Assembly (NCBI RefSeq): GCF_027921745.1
Contig: NC_079238.1
Location: forward strand, 4,030,001 to 4,094,000
Source: Schizosaccharomyces osmophilus
Taxonomy: Eukaryota
Direction of reading: 5' to 3'
DNA: 64,000 nucleotides
The notes under the pieces are model-generated. The model searched no databases, was not told the origin of the DNA, and was given only the letters and a program-made list of their open reading frames with translations. This document shows, piece by piece, positions 61,042 to 64,000 of the stretch (positions are counted from its first letter, which is position 1; each line of letters opens with the position of its first letter). The position numbers and the translations under genes are program-made.

Positions 61042-64000
61042 TTAATTCTTAGCAGCAAGTTTTGCAGCTAGTTCCTTTTTCTCTGCTTCATCCAATTCGG
61101 TCAAGACTAAAGCAAGACTATCAATCATGCTTTGCTTATCAGCACGAATTAGTTCAGCGATACGATTGCTATAATACTGACTCTTTAACTCTTGGGTGTG
61201 TTTGGTTAGAGTTTCACTGTTTTCTTCAATCCATGCAATAACGGATCGATCAGCGGTATCCCAATCTTGCTTACCCCGCCATTCTGTATACCACTGTTTA
61301 AGACAATGTTGTGATTCTTCATGGCTTAAGCCAGGAATAAGTTGCATTAGTCTCTGTTGAGAGTAATGTTCATCCAAACGTCTTCTCAGGCGCCAGTAGA
61401 AGAAGCGTCTAGCATTGGTCCATTTCAAGGGTTGACGGATAACCTTCTTAGCAACCATACGATCGACGCGATCATGCAAATCAGCAAAGTGGATACTGAT
61501 TTGTTGATATATAGGCATTAGTTTTTGCTCACGTTCCATTAATTGCACCTTGACTGTAGAAAGTTCATCTGCGTTCAAATCCTTTTGGTTAAGCTTGTCC
61601 TGTAAAGCAGCATATTGATCATCGCATCTGCGCATCAATGAAAGTAACTTCTCACGTCTGAACTTGATACTGACCATTCCTTCAGGTTCCAAAACACCAG
61701 CTCTGCTTTCCTCATCAGCATACATTTCCATTTGCTTTTCATTAATGGTAGGATCTACAACTACCCAAGAGCCACCACGTAACTCACTGTAAGGTGGAAT
61801 GTATACGAATACAGGCTGTTTGTATTGAGAAAGGGCGTCAACAATGTAAGAACCATATTTAAGTACTTCATTGAACATGTCTCGTTGACCACCGGAAAAA
61901 CCACGCCAATTAGCGAGAATAAATAACGGTAATTGTTCACCATGGTTAAAATCATTGATTGCTTGCGCGGTCTTAAAAGCAGAATTAGGATACCAAACTT
62001 GTCCAGCTTCCATCAAATTTTGTTCTGTAGAGCTTGGGTTGGCTGGATCAGCAGGTAAAGTGTTTTCAATAGTACGGGTTTCGACAGCGATAACACCAAT
62101 CGGTATACCACCTAAGCGTGCACGACCAACGACAACTGTCTTAGCCCATCCATCCAAAGTTTCTTGGAATGAACCCTTGTCAAACAAACCGTACAAAAAC
62201 AAATCCTCATCCTCTTTACCATCAATCAACCAGCGAGGATCGTAACCGTTCTGATTGGGATAATACTCAACATCACGATCCCAAGGATCGCTCGATGGCG
62301 ATACAGGAACAGGGTTATTACGCTTATCAGGAATATATGCAAGCCAGTTAACAATTTTGGAAATTCCGTCAAAATCATCTTGGGCGGTTAAGTGAGAGAT
62401 ACCGTTTCTATGCATGATTTGAGTACCACCCAATTGTAAGTTAGAATTATAGACTTCATGTCCCAATACCTTATTAAGGGCAGGAGCACCTGTAAGGATA
62501 ATTGGCTGGCCTTCAACTTGAACCGCTCTCTGTCCGAGGCGAACGAGATATGCACCAATGCCAACCGCACGGCAAGTAACAAGCGTGCAGGTGAAAATCT
62601 CATTATAAGCCCGAGATGTAACACCAGCAATCAAGCCAGAACCTCTCAAACATTCAACACCTAGTCCCTCACCAGAACCAATAATAGCTGTGATCTTGTA
62701 ACGAACTTCGCCGGACTCAGTTTGAATTTTTTCAGTATGAACCGTTTTGATGTTCTGTTTGTCTAAGCGTTCTTGAACTTCAGGTGTCAAATACAAATAC
62801 TCGAATCCTTTTTCGGGTGAGTTGACGTCGTTCCAAGCAATATTAAATAAGGGAATCAACTCATCGGCAACACCAATACGGGCTCCAGAATTGGCAGCCA
62901 AGTATAGTCTGGGAACGCCACGCTGACGAGAAAGTTCTGTCACCTTGAAAAAGAAGTTATCTTCACGAGGTCCAAATGAGCCAATTTGATAAGTAATATC
63001 ATTAGCGACGATGATCAGTTTTCTACCTTTAGGATACTCAGGAGTTTTGACAGTCACCGACCAAGCAACCATACCACAAGAGTTAGTACCCGGTTCACGG
63101 CTAACTTCTTGCAAATCTCCATTTTCATCTTCAACCAACTCCTTGCAATCAAACATGTCTTGGGGAACAGGGTTCTCAGAATGACCTTTATCAACTTTTC
63201 TCCAACTGTCACTAAAAGAACGACGGAACAACTCTGGGAAATCGTATACGAATGTCGTACCCATCAATTGTGCCTTATAGCGACGAGGCTGAAGCCACTC
63301 TTTGTTGGGATAAGGCGTGTTAATACGTCTGAGATGCATAGACCCAGGCTGGCCAATGCTCTTGAAGATCCAGGAATTATTTTCGGTCTTCACTTCTGCG
63401 TAAAGCTCAATATTTACAACAAATCCAGACACGTTGGATATTATTACACGCAATGGAAAAAGAGTATTGGTTGTGGGATCAGTGCAAATAATACGAATTT
63501 CAGCAGCGGTTACACGTAAACGCCATAAACGACGTCCAAAGCGTTCCAAAAATCCACCTAAAGCAGCTTCAACTTGTTTGGGGGCAAGTCCGAATGCAGG
63601 AAGGAAATTAATGAAAATATGATTAAGATCAGTTTGGTCAGGACCAATAACCTCAAGGGCATCAAGAATATCATTTATCAAACGATGAGTTTCAGATATA
63701 AGATATTCAGCAGTTGGTATTTCATCACGAAGTCTTCCAGGACGGACAAGAGCTCTAGTAAAGAAACGTTTATCCGAACTCATATTTTTGGCAGTTGCAC
63801 GGTAAACATGAATGTTATGGTTGTCGATAAAAACAGGCTCGATATTAAAGTTAGAGAGTCTACCTAATTCCAGCTGGAAGGCCAAAGCAGGTTCGATGTG
63901 ACGGATACGCTCATCTTCGACGTAGCGAACGGTGTTATGCTCAAAACTATCCGAGGAGGCACGATAAGTAAAGTAAGAAGGATGGGCTGACTTATTATGT
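61042..64000 (-). CDS. cut6: Acetyl-CoA carboxylase, C-terminal (carboxyltransferase) part; continues beyond the window
   Basis: IRHIEPALAFQLEL, ANSGARIG, GVECLRGSG, WRGFSGGQRDM, ELRGGSWVV. Confidence 0.97.
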   Translation of the reverse strand, partial: HNKSAHPSYFTYRASSDSFEHNTVRYVEDERIRHIEPALAFQLELGRLSNFNIEPVFIDNHNIHVYRATAKNMSSDKRFFTRALVRPGRLRDEIPTAEYLISETHRLINDILDALEVIGPDQTDLNHIFINFLPAFGLAPKQVEAALGGFLERFGRRLWRLRVTAAEIRIICTDPTTNTLFPLRVIISNVSGFVVNIELYAEVKTENNSWIFKSIGQPGSMHLRRINTPYPNKEWLQPRRYKAQLMGTTFVYDFPELFRRSFSDSWRKVDKGHSENPVPQDMFDCKELVEDENGDLQEVSREPGTNSCGMVAWSVTVKTPEYPKGRKLIIVANDITYQIGSFGPREDNFFFKVTELSRQRGVPRLYLAANSGARIGVADELIPLFNIAWNDVNSPEKGFEYLYLTPEVQERLDKQNIKTVHTEKIQTESGEVRYKITAIIGSGEGLGVECLRGSGLIAGVTSRAYNEIFTCTLVTCRAVGIGAYLVRLGQRAVQVEGQPIILTGAPALNKVLGHEVYNSNLQLGGTQIMHRNGISHLTAQDDFDGISKIVNWLAYIPDKRNNPVPVSPSSDPWDRDVEYYPNQNGYDPRWLIDGKEDEDLFLYGLFDKGSFQETLDGWAKTVVVGRARLGGIPIGVIAVETRTIENTLPADPANPSSTEQNLMEAGQVWYPNSAFKTAQAINDFNHGEQLPLFILANWRGFSGGQRDMFNEVLKYGSYIVDALSQYKQPVFVYIPPYSELRGGSWVVVDPTINEKQMEMYADEESRAGVLEPEGMVSIKFRREKLLSLMRRCDDQYAALQDKLNQKDLNADELSTVKVQLMEREQKLMPIYQQISIHFADLHDRVDRMVAKKVIRQPLKWTNARRFFYWRLRRRLDEHYSQQRLMQLIPGLSHEESQHCLKQWYTEWRGKQDWDTADRSVIAWIEENSETLTKHTQELKSQYYSNRIAELIRADKQSMIDSLALVLTELDEAEKKELAAKLAAKN

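Overview
Gene-dense fission-yeast DNA from a Schizosaccharomyces species, probably of the octosporus/cryophilus/osmophilus group; the exact species cannot be fixed from sequence alone. Gene order matches my recollection of the S. pombe chromosome I block rrp40-mug84-bip1-acl2-ryh1-rad31-sir1-prp22-cts1-ats1-ubc6-vip1-nht1-psm3-rio1-atg17-mam4-caa1-igo1-ptc5-alg13-cut6. There are about 29 protein genes, many with spliceosomal introns that break the ORF track; igo1 is missed by the track entirely. The ORF track also misses a non-coding RNA layer: tRNA-Ala(UGC), the RNase MRP RNA gene behind a Homol-E/Homol-D/TATA promoter, and a Homol-D-driven non-coding host with three box C/D snoRNAs (snR41, snR70, snR51-type), the third carrying a second guide to an 18S site I do not recall being methylated in budding yeast. 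The bip1 3'UTR has the Ire1 cleavage stem-loop. The most novel-looking element is the 206-nt CTP synthase intron, which folds almost end to end into a sense-strand-specific rod and is open in frame up to its branch point. No transposons or CRISPR arrays were seen.
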